A stretch of DNA of 64,000 bases from an uncultured Ignavibacteria bacterium (GCA_964627935.1 CAZVLB010000017.1:6853-70852); one strand, 5' to 3'; shown: positions 30,728 to 42,614, counted from the stretch's first letter. The notes: generated by a model from the letters alone, not told the origin. Program-made: numbers and translations.

Positions 30728-31481
30728 ATCAGATGGTATCATACTGAGACGAGACAGGTCCGGCGAATCATCATTGCTGGTCGAACTGTTTTTGCGCGGC
30801 GAGGGCAAAACCCGCCTGGTTGCAAAGGGAGCCCGTAAACCGGGGGCGGGCATGTCCGGCAAGCTGGAACAGTTTTCGGAAGTGGAACTGACTTATTACC
30901 GCAAAAGTGACGACAGCCTGGGATATATATCCGACATAAACCAGGTGCGCGAAAATTCGGCACTGGGGGGCGATATTCGCAGGCTCAGCTATGCCTCGAC
31001 CGTGGTGGAAATTATCGAGAACCTGGTTTATTCCGGCGCACAGGAAGCCCGTCTGTTCGACCTGCTCAGGGGCACATTTTATATGATGAATTACTGCCCG
31101 CCGGGAAAGCTGGAGTTTTTTCTGCTTGTTTTCATGCTCAAGGCGCTGGATATTATCGGCTTGTCGCCGCAGCTGGATGTCTGTATCAAGACCGGCAAAG
31201 AAATTACTGGTGAAGAGGTGTTCTTCTCGGTGGAAGAGGGCGGGATTATAGATAAGGAAATGACCCGTGATGAGGGCAAGTATCTAAAGCTGGACCAGGG
31301 GATAATTAAGGTTCTCAAGGAAGCCCGCAAATCCGATATAGATAAAATGAAGGGATTGAACTTCTCTGAGAAGCAGAAATCCGTTATAAAGGACATGTTG
31401 TTTTCATTCATGAGTTATCATACTGAAGGTAAAGCCAGTTTTAAGTCATTGGATTTTCTATCTAAAATTGCCAATTATTGA
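30714..31481 (+). CDS. recO: DNA repair protein RecO
   Basis: GIILR...E..L, AKGARKP N-terminal OB motif, G..PQLDVC. Confidence 0.88.
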
Positions 31482-31493
31482 TCAGGAGGCGGA

Positions 31494-32828
31494 GTGGCCA
31501 AAAAGGAACAGAATTTATTCGATAAGTTAGTCAGTCTCTGCAAGCGCAGGGGATATATATTCCAGTCCTCGGAAATCTATGGCGGCCTGACATCATGCTG
31601 GGACTATGGACCGCTGGGAGTCGAACTGAAGCGCAATGTGAAGGATTTCTGGTGGAAGACAATGACCATGAAGCGTGACGATATCGAGGGGATCGATGCC
31701 TCGATATTGATGCATCCCAGGGTCTGGGAGGCATCCGGGCACGTATCATCATTTACCGATCCGATGGTTGACTGCAAAACCTGCGGCGCGAGATTTCGTG
31801 CCGACAACCTGGAATCGGAAGTCTGCCCCAAAAAACCGTCTCGTTCACCGCTCGATTGCGGCGGGGAACTTACCGAGGCGCGCAATTTCAACCTGATGTT
31901 CAAGACTTTTATGGGCCCGGTTGAGGATGAGTCGGCGGTGGTGTTTTTGCGTCCGGAAACAGCCCAGGGCATCTATGTCAATTTTCATAATGTGCAGATG
32001 CCCTCGCGTCAGAAAATCCCCTTCGGCATAGCCCAGATCGGCAAGGCTTTCAGGAATGAAATTACGACCAAGAACTTTATTTTCAGGACGCGTGAATTCG
32101 AACAGATGGAGATGCAGTATTTTATTTATCCCTCGGAGGATGAGAAATGGTTCGAATTCTGGCGCAATGAACGTATGAAATTCTATCATGATCTTGGAAT
32201 AAAACCGGAGAAACTGCGTTTCCATGAACATGCCGAGGATGAACTGGCTCATTATGCTAAGGCGGCGGTGGATATAGAATATGAATTTCCGATCGGATGG
32301 CGCGAACTGGAGGGCATTCATAACCGCACAGATTACGATCTCAGTCATCACCAGGAGCATTGCGGCAAGGACCTGCGCTATTTCGATCAGCAGCGTAATG
32401 AACGGTACCTGCCCTATATTATCGAAACCTCGGCCGGATGTGACCGGACAATTCTTGTGGTTCTTCTGGATGCCTATGATGAGGAAGAGGTCAAGGGCGA
32501 TCAGCGTGTGGTCCTGAGGATCAACCCGAAGATAGCGCCGATCAAGGTCGGTGTATTTCCGCTGGTCAAAAAAGAGGGCATGCCCGAGATTGCCACGGAT
32601 ATTTTCCATAAGCTTAAAAAGCATTTCAAGTGCTTTTATGATGATGGTGGTGCGGTCGGACGCAGGTATCGTCGCCAGGATGAGGCCGGGACACCTTATT
32701 GTATCACAATCGATGGTCAGACTAAAGAAGATGAAACAGTGACTTTGCGTGACCGCGACAGCATGGAGCAGGTGCGTATCAAGGTCGATGATCTTCTGGA
32801 GGACCTTAAAAAGCGGCTCGAATATTAA
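31494..32828 (+). CDS. glyQS: Glycine--tRNA ligase, homodimeric (alpha2) type
   Basis: [43 protein letters not shown]. Confidence 0.95.
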   Translation: MAKKEQNLFDKLVSLCKRRGYIFQSSEIYGGLTSCWDYGPLGVELKRNVKDFWWKTMTMKRDDIEGIDASILMHPRVWEASGHVSSFTDPMVDCKTCGARFRADNLESEVCPKKPSRSPLDCGGELTEARNFNLMFKTFMGPVEDESAVVFLRPETAQGIYVNFHNVQMPSRQKIPFGIAQIGKAFRNEITTKNFIFRTREFEQMEMQYFIYPSEDEKWFEFWRNERMKFYHDLGIKPEKLRFHEHAEDELAHYAKAAVDIEYEFPIGWRELEGIHNRTDYDLSHHQEHCGKDLRYFDQQRNERYLPYIIETSAGCDRTILVVLLDAYDEEEVKGDQRVVLRINPKIAPIKVGVFPLVKKEGMPEIATDIFHKLKKHFKCFYDDGGAVGRRYRRQDEAGTPYCITIDGQTKEDETVTLRDRDSMEQVRIKVDDLLEDLKKRLEY

Positions 32829-32864
32829 AAATAAGACATCGTGAGATAAAAAATTGGGAGGAAC

Positions 32865-33431
32865 ATGATGGTCAGGATGTTGGTTATTTTGATGCTTTTT
32901 ACCAGCCCGCTGATGGCTCAGGGTATTTCTATCGGCTTACATGGCTGTGGGGCGTGGTCGAAACTGGAGGTGTCATCTATGGGGGGTTCGGCGGAGAGCG
33001 ATGATTACGAGATGTTTTATGGCGCGGGTGCGGATGTCAGCATCAAGCCCCCGCTTTCGCCCCTGGGAGTTGAAGGTGGTTTTACTTACCTGGTAAGAAA
33101 TGAGGATAATGGCGATAGCGAAGGCACCTTCAAAACACACCCTTTATACGTCAATGGCAAGTTTTACCTGTCACCCATGTTCTATGTCGGCGGCGGATTG
33201 AATTACACCTTCTGGAGTATTGAGATCGATGGCATGGACTGGGAGGATCTCAGTTCCAAGATCGGCTTTCAGGTCGGCGGCGGCATTGAACTGGGAGCCG
33301 GCGGGATGAAAATTTACGGTAATGCCTTTTATATGATTCAAAAGGGTTCGTATGAGCCGGAGGGTGTCGATGCGGTCGATCTGGAGACGAAATCAATCCA
33401 GGTCCGTGCCGGTATCCGTTTTGGCGGATGA
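32865..33431 (+). CDS. Small outer-membrane beta-barrel protein
   Basis: Signal peptide, alternating amphipathic strands, C-terminal RAGIRF. Confidence 0.75.
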   Translation: MMVRMLVILMLFTSPLMAQGISIGLHGCGAWSKLEVSSMGGSAESDDYEMFYGAGADVSIKPPLSPLGVEGGFTYLVRNEDNGDSEGTFKTHPLYVNGKFYLSPMFYVGGGLNYTFWSIEIDGMDWEDLSSKIGFQVGGGIELGAGGMKIYGNAFYMIQKGSYEPEGVDAVDLETKSIQVRAGIRFGG

Positions 33432-33478
33432 TTTATCCATAAAGAATCATTCTCGACATATATCATTTGTACATTAAA

Positions 33479-34852
33479 TCAATCCTGGCTCTGGTCGTTT
33501 TTATTCAGGACCAGATATTTCAGGCAACCGGTAAATAGCATCATGGTCAGGATGTTTAATGATAATGGGCCAATGGTAATCAGGCTTTCGAACATTGAGT
33601 GAGACATCCTGGCGAGAAAAAGAGCCAATGCGGCCGATGATATGAGGAATACACTACGGTTATTGCCTTGTTTTAATCCGGAAGCAAGATATTTTGCGAA
33701 TACCACTATTATCCAGATCAGGATTATTAATCCAGGCAGACCAAGTTCTGCGGCCTTTTGAATGAAGCCATTGTGTATATATCCCAATTCTACAGCTTCA
33801 ACCAGGAATATGTTCACCAGCGGATGAGTTGATGGAACGTAGCTGGAAAGCAGCGCCGGAACACCACCAATACCAACTCCCAGAAAAAGATTATCTTTAA
33901 CCAGTTGCAAGCCATATTCCCAAATTAGTACTCTTCCTGTTGTTCCTGATGATAATCTCAGATATTCTATGATCTGCTCTATGATATCCGTTGCGATCAG
34001 GAGGTATAAGATGAAGAGAATAATCGCTGAAGCCAAAAGAACCAGCGTTCTGGCTTTTCTTCTTAGGATGAGCAAAAAGAACAACAGAAATCCCGCATCC
34101 AGAATAGAAGCCCTGGATAAGGTCAGGATTAGTATAATTGACGAAAGAAACATGAAAGCTCTAATCAACCATCTCTTTATTGAGGATTCAGCTTCAATGG
34201 CAAGAAGGAATAAACCTGCCCCGATCCCATTTATGCAGAATATTCCAAGAGTGTTTGCGCTCGAGACAGTTCCATAGGCTCTATAAATATCCATGGCAAA
34301 GGCCTGATAAACTGAAATTGCAAAAATGGGAAGGAGAGAAAGCAGAATAAAATACAGTAACCTTTTCAGGTCCTTTGAAGATTTTATTAAATTGTAGATT
34401 AACAGGAAAATCGCCAGGTAGGTCAGCATTTTTGAATAGGTCAAAAGGGACATGGACGGGGAAACAGCCCATATTATCGAAAGGCCGGTCCAGATGTAAA
34501 ACACAACCAGCGGCAGAAAAACAGGTTTTGGCGGAAGAGTAATTTTGCCGTGAGTCAATAAATACTTGAACCATGCCAGCAGGAGAATTGAAATCAGGAC
34601 TATGAGCCTGAGAACTCGAATAGTTCCATCTTCCGGAAGCACAAATCCCTCGTAGGGAATCCATATAACGAGAAAATACAGGTATCCCAGGGGAGAAATT
34701 ACAAACCATAGCAGGATAAATGACAGGATCAACAGCCCAATAACCGTTATTGGCGGCAGGAAAGCCAAAAAGCTTAAAATCAATAAATCCGCTGCCAGAA
34801 TAATAATAAGAAGCGGATGACTTATGGCGGGTGCCTTCAATGTTGATTGCAT
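33479..34852 (-). CDS. O-antigen ligase / Wzy-like polytopic membrane protein
   Basis: ~12 TMs, RAYGT..AN, TLSRAS, GR..IW, GVGIG, HNGFIQ..AELG. Confidence 0.85.
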   Translation of the reverse strand: MQSTLKAPAISHPLLIIILAADLLILSFLAFLPPITVIGLLILSFILLWFVISPLGYLYFLVIWIPYEGFVLPEDGTIRVLRLIVLISILLLAWFKYLLTHGKITLPPKPVFLPLVVFYIWTGLSIIWAVSPSMSLLTYSKMLTYLAIFLLIYNLIKSSKDLKRLLYFILLSLLPIFAISVYQAFAMDIYRAYGTVSSANTLGIFCINGIGAGLFLLAIEAESSIKRWLIRAFMFLSSIILILTLSRASILDAGFLLFFLLILRRKARTLVLLASAIILFILYLLIATDIIEQIIEYLRLSSGTTGRVLIWEYGLQLVKDNLFLGVGIGGVPALLSSYVPSTHPLVNIFLVEAVELGYIHNGFIQKAAELGLPGLIILIWIIVVFAKYLASGLKQGNNRSVFLISSAALALFLARMSHSMFESLITIGPLSLNILTMMLFTGCLKYLVLNKNDQSQD

Positions 34853-34938
34853 AACTGATCAATAAAGAGATTTGCTATTTTTTTTCAAGTACTTATTTTA
34901 GGGTGGTAGACACGTATGTACAAAATCCAAAGGAAGTT

Positions 34939-36336
34939 ATGAGTCAATTCTTAAACTCGATTATAGAGCAAGTAAAAACTGATTACGATCTATCCGGAAA
35001 AACAGGAGTGTTGATCGGCCTCTCCGGCGGTCCGGATTCCGTATTTCTTACCAATCTGTTTCATACTCTTGCGGAGGATATCGGTTTTCGGCTTCATCTG
35101 GCTCATGTGAACTATCGCCTGCGCGGGCGAGAATCGGATCAGGAGGAGGATTTCTGCCGCAAACTGGCTGAAAAGCTGTCACTTCCGATTGATATCCGGG
35201 TGGCCGATCTCTCGAAGATGAAAAGGGAATCGGGTAATATTCAGAGCGAGGCCCGGGTCAGGCGCATGAGCTTTTTTAATGAATTGCTCGAAAAACATGG
35301 CCTGAACCTGCTTGCCCTGGGCCATACGTTGGATGATAATGCCGAAACCGTGCTGGGAAATATCATCCGTGGTTGCGGGCTGGGGGGCTTGAGCGGGATC
35401 GGATATTCTTACGGAAATATTATCAGGCCGTTACGAAATATGCGTAAATCGGATCTTCTGGCATATCTGGATGAAAACAAAATCGAGTACAAGACCGACA
35501 GTTCCAACCTGGAAAGCGATTATACTCGCAACAAAATCCGCAATAAGCTTATACCTTTGCTGGAAGAGGAATACAATCCGGAGGTTGTCACTGCCATAGA
35601 TCGCCTTTCGCAAATTGCGGGAGAGGTGGATAAGTTTATGAATATACAGGTGGATGGTTTCCTGACCATGTTCGCTGATTATTCCTATCCGCAGGCGGCG
35701 ATTCTTCCATTGGCTAATTTCGCAAATCTCAAGAAGATAGTAATGCGCTATGTGCTCAAGGAACTGACCGCCAGATTCTCGACCTCCGTTCGCACCAGGG
35801 TATCGTATGACCTGATCGACGAGGCCCTGAAACTGGTATTGACCAAGGATTCTGTACGCGCCGACCTTTCCGATAATGTTATGGTCGAACGCAGCTTTGA
35901 AAGTATTATTGTATTTCGCCCGGAATTCGAGGCCGGTCATGAGGAAATCAAGCTGCCGGGATCATCCGTGCTCGAAAAATTCGGCATGGTCCTGCATGGC
36001 GAGGAGGCGCAACCGGATCAGTTTGATTCTCTCAAGGGCGACAATTGGCAGGTGCTGTTGGACAAGGATAAACTCAATGGTGATATGAATATAACCCGCT
36101 TCAGCGAGGGCCAGAGATTTCGTCCGCTGGGAATGTCCGATGATAAGAAGCTGGGAGATTTCTTTACCGACCGCAAAGTCCCGCGTGCGATCCGTGACCG
36201 TATACCGATTTTAATGAGCGGGGATGAAACGGCCTGGATTATCGGATATGAGATATCTGACAGGTTCAAAATCGATGCAAACACAAAACACGCCCTGAAA
36301 CTTTGGGTGCAAAAAAGTGTTAAAAATGTCGAGTGA
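34939..36336 (+). CDS. tilS: tRNA(Ile)-lysidine synthase
   Basis: SGGPDS PP-loop, HVNYRLRG, GHTLDDNAET, DSSN, RNKIR. Confidence 0.95.
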   Translation: MSQFLNSIIEQVKTDYDLSGKTGVLIGLSGGPDSVFLTNLFHTLAEDIGFRLHLAHVNYRLRGRESDQEEDFCRKLAEKLSLPIDIRVADLSKMKRESGNIQSEARVRRMSFFNELLEKHGLNLLALGHTLDDNAETVLGNIIRGCGLGGLSGIGYSYGNIIRPLRNMRKSDLLAYLDENKIEYKTDSSNLESDYTRNKIRNKLIPLLEEEYNPEVVTAIDRLSQIAGEVDKFMNIQVDGFLTMFADYSYPQAAILPLANFANLKKIVMRYVLKELTARFSTSVRTRVSYDLIDEALKLVLTKDSVRADLSDNVMVERSFESIIVFRPEFEAGHEEIKLPGSSVLEKFGMVLHGEEAQPDQFDSLKGDNWQVLLDKDKLNGDMNITRFSEGQRFRPLGMSDDKKLGDFFTDRKVPRAIRDRIPILMSGDETAWIIGYEISDRFKIDANTKHALKLWVQKSVKNVE

Positions 36337-36862
36337 AAACGCAGTATTAACTGTACTGATCAGCGAAGATGAACTTCGCGCAAGAATAAGAAGCCTGGCA
36401 AGCGAGATCGGCCGGGATTACCGGGGCAGAAATCCTATCCTGGTGGGAATCCTCAAAGGATCCTTCATTTTTCTGGCAGATCTTACCCGCGAACTCAAGC
36501 TGGAACACTCGATCGAATTCATGATGGTCTCCAGTTATGATGAAGAGCCGCGTGAGGCCGGAAGGATAAAGCTTTTAATGGAGCTGGAACGAGATATCGA
36601 AGGCAAAGACGTTGTTATCGTGGAAGATATTGTTGACAGCGGGAAGACATTGGATTATATCTACCAGAGCCTTTTGATGCGCAGGCCCGGTTCCTTGGAA
36701 ATTGCTACGCTTCTTGATAAGAAAACGAAACGAGAAGTCGATATCCATATTAGATATGTCGGTTTCGAGATTCCCGACAAGTTTGTAGTAGGATACGGCC
36801 TGGACGAAGCGGAACAATTCCGTGGATTGCCGTATATAGCCTACAGGGACGAGAAAGGATAA
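36326..36862 (+). CDS. hpt: Hypoxanthine phosphoribosyltransferase
   Basis: ILKGS, VEDIVDSGKT, FVVGYGLD. Confidence 0.95.
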   Translation: MSSENAVLTVLISEDELRARIRSLASEIGRDYRGRNPILVGILKGSFIFLADLTRELKLEHSIEFMMVSSYDEEPREAGRIKLLMELERDIEGKDVVIVEDIVDSGKTLDYIYQSLLMRRPGSLEIATLLDKKTKREVDIHIRYVGFEIPDKFVVGYGLDEAEQFRGLPYIAYRDEKG

Positions 36863-36865
36863 AAA

Positions 36866-38827
36866 TTGAACAGGAAATCCAGCATGTTCTTTTCTGATGG
36901 GAAGCCCCCCTTTCCTCAGGGAAAAAAGACTCCCCCCGGTCCGGATGACGGCAAGGATGAGTTCAACTGGAAGAAAAGCGGGCGAACCTTTATATTCTGG
37001 GCGATAATAATTATAATTTTTATATTTGCCTTCAAAACGCTTTCCACCGGCACCGGTGATGTGGTCGAAATCGATTATAGCGAATTCGTCAAACAGCGCG
37101 AAAATGGCAATATCGCCGAAGTCGTGATATCAGACCGTCAGGTGGAAGGCAAGTTCAAGAATCCCTATACCGCCACCCAGGCGGGAACCACCAGGGAATT
37201 CAGTAAATTTGAGACGGTTCTGCTGGTGCAATCTCAGGAAGAAATTGACAGGCTGATCGCCCAGGATGTTCAGGTCAAGGGTGAGATCGAGAATATGGGC
37301 TGGTGGGTGACATTTTTGCTCAGCACCGCGCCCTGGCTCCTGTTGATCCTGTTTTTTTTCTTCATGATGCGCCAGATGCAGTCCGGCGGTCCCAAGGGCC
37401 TGTTCTCATTCGGCAAGAGCAAGGCCAGGCTGGCCTCCGATTCCGGTCCGCGGGTGACATTTGGCGATGTTGCCGGTTGTGATGAAGCCAAAGAAGAATT
37501 AAAGGAAATCATAGAATTTTTGAAGGAGCCCGGCAAATTCCAGAAACTGGGCGGCAAAATCCCCAAGGGCGCACTGCTTCTCGGTTCACCAGGAACGGGA
37601 AAAACGCTTTTGGCCCGGGCTGTTGCCGGCGAGGCTGGTGTGCCGTTTTTTTCCATGTCAGGCTCCGATTTTGTCGAGATGTTCGTGGGCGTGGGTGCAT
37701 CCCGTGTGCGCGACCTGTTTGACCAGGGCAAGAAAAATGCACCCTGTATTATCTTCATAGATGAAATCGATGCTGTGGGACGTCATCGCGGCGCCGGTCT
37801 GGGCGGCGGGCATGACGAACGCGAGCAGACCTTGAACCAGCTGCTGGTTGAGATGGACGGGTTCGATTCAAATGACGGCGTGATTTTGATTGCCGCCACC
37901 AACCGTCCCGATGTGCTCGATCCGGCGCTTCTGCGTCCGGGACGATTCGATCGCAGGATTGTGGTCGATAATCCGGATGTCAAGGGCCGTGAAGGTATTT
38001 TCGAGGTCCATTCACGCAAGATCAACCTCGATGAGGATGTCAATCTGGAGATCCTGGCCCGTGCGACACCGGGGCTATCCGGCGCGGATATTGCCAATAT
38101 CGTCAATGAGGCCGCTTTGCTGGCGGCACGGCGCGGGCATGACAAGGTTTATATGGCCGATATGGAGGATGCCAAGGATAAGGTTATCCTGGGTACCGAG
38201 CGCAGGTCATTGGTGATTCATGAGGATGAAAAGAAGACAACCGCATATCATGAGGCCGGGCATGCACTACTGGGCAAGCTTCTGCCCAAGGCCGATCCGG
38301 TCTACAAGGTAACGATTATCCCGCGTGGAATGTCGCTGGGCCAGACATCATCGTTGCCGGTCGACGAGAAGCGCACCTATACGAAAGAATACCTTGAAGC
38401 GATGCTGGTCGTTTTCATGGGCGGACGTGTGGCGGAAAAGTTGATTTTCGATCATCTCTCCACAGGTGCCGGTAATGATCTCCAGCGCGCCACCGACCTT
38501 GCGCGCAAGATGGTATGTGACTGGGGGATGTCGGATAAACTCGGTGCGCTGACATTCGGAAAGAAGCAGAATGAGGTTTTCCTCGGCAAAGAGCTGGTCC
38601 GTAATCGCGATTATTCCGAAGAAACAGCGCGGCAGATCGATTCCGAAATCAGGAGTATAGTCGACAACGCCGAGAGCAAGGCAATCGAGCTATTGCAGTC
38701 GCAAGAGGATAATCTGCACAAGATTGCCGAGGCCCTGCTCGAGCGCGAGCTTCTGGATGGCGAGGATCTGGATGCCATTCTCAAAGGTGACGAATTAAAA
38801 GAGGTCCCGACGACATCATCAAAATAG
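36866..38827 (+). CDS. ftsH: ATP-dependent zinc metalloprotease FtsH
   Basis: Two TMs, [26 protein letters not shown]. Confidence 0.97.
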   Translation: MNRKSSMFFSDGKPPFPQGKKTPPGPDDGKDEFNWKKSGRTFIFWAIIIIIFIFAFKTLSTGTGDVVEIDYSEFVKQRENGNIAEVVISDRQVEGKFKNPYTATQAGTTREFSKFETVLLVQSQEEIDRLIAQDVQVKGEIENMGWWVTFLLSTAPWLLLILFFFFMMRQMQSGGPKGLFSFGKSKARLASDSGPRVTFGDVAGCDEAKEELKEIIEFLKEPGKFQKLGGKIPKGALLLGSPGTGKTLLARAVAGEAGVPFFSMSGSDFVEMFVGVGASRVRDLFDQGKKNAPCIIFIDEIDAVGRHRGAGLGGGHDEREQTLNQLLVEMDGFDSNDGVILIAATNRPDVLDPALLRPGRFDRRIVVDNPDVKGREGIFEVHSRKINLDEDVNLEILARATPGLSGADIANIVNEAALLAARRGHDKVYMADMEDAKDKVILGTERRSLVIHEDEKKTTAYHEAGHALLGKLLPKADPVYKVTIIPRGMSLGQTSSLPVDEKRTYTKEYLEAMLVVFMGGRVAEKLIFDHLSTGAGNDLQRATDLARKMVCDWGMSDKLGALTFGKKQNEVFLGKELVRNRDYSEETARQIDSEIRSIVDNAESKAIELLQSQEDNLHKIAEALLERELLDGEDLDAILKGDELKEVPTTSSK

Positions 38828-38836
38828 AACAGGACT

Positions 38837-39685
38837 ATGCCCGATAAACCAACTCCGATTAAGATCGGACGAGTCAATTTCGATTTTTCCCGTCCCTATA
38901 TCATGGGCATAGTCAATGTCACACCTGATTCATTTTCCGATGGCGGTAAATTTTATGAGCGGCGTGATGCAATTGATCACGCCCTCAAGCTTGCCGATGA
39001 GGGCGCTGATATAGTAGATATCGGCGGTGAATCGACCCGTCCGGGTGCCGATCCGGTATCCGAAGACGATGAGCTAAAACGCGTAATCCCGGTTATCGAA
39101 GCTCTTTTTGACAGAATAAAAGTACCCATCTCGATAGATACCTGCAAGCCCGGAGTAGCTGCCGAAGCGATTTCGGCCGGGGCCTCGCTGATTAATGATA
39201 TCAGCGGTTTTCATTCCCATCCGGAAATGGCCGAACTGGCCGCCCAAAAAGATATTCCGGCAGTGGTTATGCATATCAAGGGCACCCCGCGAGATATGCA
39301 GAAAAATCCAGATTATGATGACCTGATCGGCGAGATCAGCGAATATTTCGAAGAAAGCATCGCTATCGCTGAAAAAGGCGGGATGAAAAAGGAAAACCTG
39401 ATCCTGGATCCGGGTATAGGCTTCGGCAAGACATTCGAGAATAATTTTACGCTGATAAAGAGAATTTCCGAATTCAAGAGATTCGGCCTGCCTCTTCTGG
39501 TGGGAGCCTCGCGCAAACGATTCCTCTCGATGGGAAATAAATATGTCGAAAGTGAGCGCATCGAGCAGTCCCTGGCGGCGTCATGCGCGGCGGTGATGAA
39601 CGGCGCAAATATGGTTCGTGTGCATGATGTGCTGGCGACCCGCAAGGCGCTCTGGGTTATCTCGAAAATTGAATCATCGGCGTAA
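38837..39685 (+). CDS. folP: Dihydropteroate synthase
   Basis: NVTPDSFSDGG, GGESTRPG, DPGIGF, SRK, RVHDV. Confidence 0.96.
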   Translation: MPDKPTPIKIGRVNFDFSRPYIMGIVNVTPDSFSDGGKFYERRDAIDHALKLADEGADIVDIGGESTRPGADPVSEDDELKRVIPVIEALFDRIKVPISIDTCKPGVAAEAISAGASLINDISGFHSHPEMAELAAQKDIPAVVMHIKGTPRDMQKNPDYDDLIGEISEYFEESIAIAEKGGMKKENLILDPGIGFGKTFENNFTLIKRISEFKRFGLPLLVGASRKRFLSMGNKYVESERIEQSLAASCAAVMNGANMVRVHDVLATRKALWVISKIESSA

Positions 39686-39758
39686 ATTAAATCATATATA
39701 TCATTTGCTTGCGAATTACCCTAAATATTAATATTTTACTAATTCGAATCCCGGGGTA

Positions 39759-40523
39759 ATGATGGAACTTATCACTTATCAATTTTTAGACTTTTCGATT
39801 GTTGACCTTCTGGATGTCATCATAGTGGCATTCATTATATATAAGCTTCTGGAGCTGGTCAAGGGCACCCGTTCGGCGCAGATGATGATCGGCATGGTAA
39901 TCATCTTTATCGTGGCCTTCATGGCTTACTGGTTCCAGCTCGAGGGGCTCAAATGGCTCTTTTCGAATCTGGCTACGGTCGGCTTTATTGTGCTGGTTGT
40001 AGTTTTTCAGCCTGAGATACGCGGGGGGCTGGCCCAGATTGGCCATACCCGTTTCATGAGGCGTTTTATAAAAAGTGATTCGGTGAAAGCCATCGATGAG
40101 GTTGTGCGTGGAGCAATCAGGCTTTCCGAACTGCGTTATGGTGGCCTGATTGTGCTGGAGCGAAGCGTGGGGCTGAAAAATATCATTGCCACCGGACGTG
40201 AAATCAACGCCGAGGTGTCATCCGATCTTTTGACAACCATCTTTACTCCATATACACCTTTGCATGACGGCGCGGTTATTGTGCGAAATGAGAAGTTGAT
40301 CGCGGCGGCATGTGTTCTGCCGATGACCCAGAATCCGCGTTATGCCGACCTTTTCGGTATGCGTCATCGCGCCGCAATCGGGGTCAGCGAAGAATCGGAT
40401 GCGGTCTGCCTGGTGATATCGGAAGAGACAGGGGCCATATCCCTTACAATCAAAGGCACTTTCAAACGTGACCTCGAGAAACTGACCCTCAAAGAGAGCC
40501 TTTTGGAAGTTCTCAAATCCTGA
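39759..40523 (+). CDS. cdaA: Diadenylate cyclase CdaA
   Basis: Three TMs, FQPEIR, LHDGA, GMRHRAA, SEETG. Confidence 0.93.
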   Translation: MMELITYQFLDFSIVDLLDVIIVAFIIYKLLELVKGTRSAQMMIGMVIIFIVAFMAYWFQLEGLKWLFSNLATVGFIVLVVVFQPEIRGGLAQIGHTRFMRRFIKSDSVKAIDEVVRGAIRLSELRYGGLIVLERSVGLKNIIATGREINAEVSSDLLTTIFTPYTPLHDGAVIVRNEKLIAAACVLPMTQNPRYADLFGMRHRAAIGVSEESDAVCLVISEETGAISLTIKGTFKRDLEKLTLKESLLEVLKS

Positions 40524-40525
40524 TT

Positions 40526-41530
40526 ATGTTTGTTGACCTGGTTGAAATCGAAGTTCAGAGTGGACGGGGCGGTCCCGGATGTATATCCTTTCGACGGGAG
40601 AAATTTATCCCCAAGGGTGGTCCGAATGGCGGCGATGGCGGCCGGGGTGGATCGGTTTATTTCGAGGTGGATAGTAACCTGAATACACTGATGGATCTGA
40701 AGTATCGCCGCAAGTACAAGGCCTCCAATGGCATGCCGGGCCAGGGGTCCAATAAGCATGGCGAGATGGGGCGCGATGTCACTGTTCGAGTGCCCCCCGG
40801 AACATCAATATATAACGCCGAAACCGGCGAGCTTCTGGCAGACCTTGTGGAAGATGGCGAAAGATATCTGGCGGCCAAGGGTGGAAAGGGCGGACGGGGC
40901 AATACTCATTTTAAGTCGCCGACCAATCAAACTCCGCGCAAGGCCGATACCGGTATGCCGGGAGTTAACCTGAAACTGCGCATAGAATTAAAGCTGATTG
41001 CCGATATTGGGTTGGTGGGTTATCCCAACGCCGGCAAATCGAGCCTTTTGAAAGCCCTTTCACGGGCCAGGCCGAAAATCGCCGAGTATCCGTTTACGAC
41101 TCTCAATCCTAACATCGGCATTGTGCCTGTCGATGAATATAAGATGCTCAAGATGGCCGATATCCCCGGGATCATAACCGGCGCCAGTAAGGGCAAGGGC
41201 CTGGGATTGACATTTTTGCGGCATATCGAGCGCACCTCGGTACTACTGTACATTCTGGATGGGTCCAAAGAAGATTTTCTTGAGGATTACCGTATACTGC
41301 AAAATGAGCTGGAGGAATACAACTGGCGCCTTCCGCAGAAACCGAGCCTTGTATGTATAAATAAGATTGACCTGTGGGATGATCAGACATTAAATGATTG
41401 GCAAAACAGGCTGGGTGAGCAATATTTATTTATCTCCGCTAAAGAGGAGATAAATCTGGATGATCTGAAAGCACGCCTTTTACAGTTGATGGAGGAAAAA
41501 CAGGCTGCCGATGAGCAGGGAATACAGTGA
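40526..41530 (+). CDS. obgE: GTPase ObgE
   Basis: MFVD, FRREK..P.GGP.GGDGG, GYPNAGKS, YPFTT, DIPG, NKID. Confidence 0.96.
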   Translation: MFVDLVEIEVQSGRGGPGCISFRREKFIPKGGPNGGDGGRGGSVYFEVDSNLNTLMDLKYRRKYKASNGMPGQGSNKHGEMGRDVTVRVPPGTSIYNAETGELLADLVEDGERYLAAKGGKGGRGNTHFKSPTNQTPRKADTGMPGVNLKLRIELKLIADIGLVGYPNAGKSSLLKALSRARPKIAEYPFTTLNPNIGIVPVDEYKMLKMADIPGIITGASKGKGLGLTFLRHIERTSVLLYILDGSKEDFLEDYRILQNELEEYNWRLPQKPSLVCINKIDLWDDQTLNDWQNRLGEQYLFISAKEEINLDDLKARLLQLMEEKQAADEQGIQ

Positions 41531-42614
41531 CATATACTACTGGCTGGCGTTGAGCAGTGTGCCCGGTATGGGCGCGGTGCGTTTCAAGCAGCTTGTGAAG
41601 GCAATTGGGGATCCTCAGAATGTCCTGAAAGCTCCGCAAAATGATCTTGAGCAGATTGACGGTGTCAGTCAGTCTCTTGCCCGTGCAATCAATAAGGAAG
41701 CCGATTATGATTTCGCCGAGAAGCAGATCGATTTACTGCAAAAGGGCGGGTATCAATTTACAACCTATCTTTCCGATGACTATCCCGAAAAGCTGAAGAA
41801 CATCTATGATCCGCCGGCCTTTTTGTTTTATGATGGTGATCTGGAATGCTTGAAGAGTCCCTGTCTGGCGATAGTCGGCTCGCGCAATTTGAGCGATTAT
41901 GGCCGGGCTATGGCCGAACGCATGGCGCGTGAACTTGTGCAGGCCGGCTTTACCGTGGTATCCGGATTCGCACGGGGAATCGATACCGCCGCTCATCGCG
42001 CGGCGATTGAATCCGGCGGTCTGACTGCGGCAATATTCGGATGCGGCCTGGATATAGTCTATCCTTTTGAAAATAAGGCACTGTATAAAAATTTAATTCT
42101 AAACGGCTGCGCCATATCCGAGTTTCCCTTTGGCGAAAAGCCCGATCGCTATCATTTCCCGCGCCGTAACCGCATAATTTCCGGCCTGAGCCTGGGTGTT
42201 CTGATAGTCGAGGCGGCCGATAAATCCGGGGCGCTTCTGACCGCCGACCATGCGCTCGAGCAGGGCCGTGAGGTTTTTGCAGTGCCGGGCAGTGTGGTCT
42301 CCAAAACATCTGCCGGGACAAACAAAATCATCAAGCAGGGAGCCAAGCTGGTGACCTGCGTGGAGGATATCCTGGAAGAACTGAAATTCCTGGTACCAAA
42401 ACAAAAGAAACAACCCAGACCGGTCCTGAAAATCGATCTGCCTGAGGAGCAGAAGAAGATTTACGAGGTGCTGACCGATGAGCCACTGCAGGTTGACAGG
42501 ATTGTCAAGGACAGCGGTGTACCTGTTTCACGAGCGCTGGAGCTTCTTCTGGACCTGGAGTTAAATGGACTGATAAGGCAACTATCGGGAAAAATGTTTG
42601 TCAAACAATTCTAA
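41511..42614 (+). CDS. dprA: DNA processing protein DprA
   Basis: AIVGSR, SGFARGID, FPRRNRIISG, SGALLTA, FAVPG. Confidence 0.95.
   Translation: MSREYSDIYYWLALSSVPGMGAVRFKQLVKAIGDPQNVLKAPQNDLEQIDGVSQSLARAINKEADYDFAEKQIDLLQKGGYQFTTYLSDDYPEKLKNIYDPPAFLFYDGDLECLKSPCLAIVGSRNLSDYGRAMAERMARELVQAGFTVVSGFARGIDTAAHRAAIESGGLTAAIFGCGLDIVYPFENKALYKNLILNGCAISEFPFGEKPDRYHFPRRNRIISGLSLGVLIVEAADKSGALLTADHALEQGREVFAVPGSVVSKTSAGTNKIIKQGAKLVTCVEDILEELKFLVPKQKKQPRPVLKIDLPEEQKKIYEVLTDEPLQVDRIVKDSGVPVSRALELLLDLELNGLIRQLSGKMFVKQF

Noticed and set aside
31482-31493. T-box leader before glycine--tRNA ligase
   Set aside because: Only 12 nt of intergenic space.
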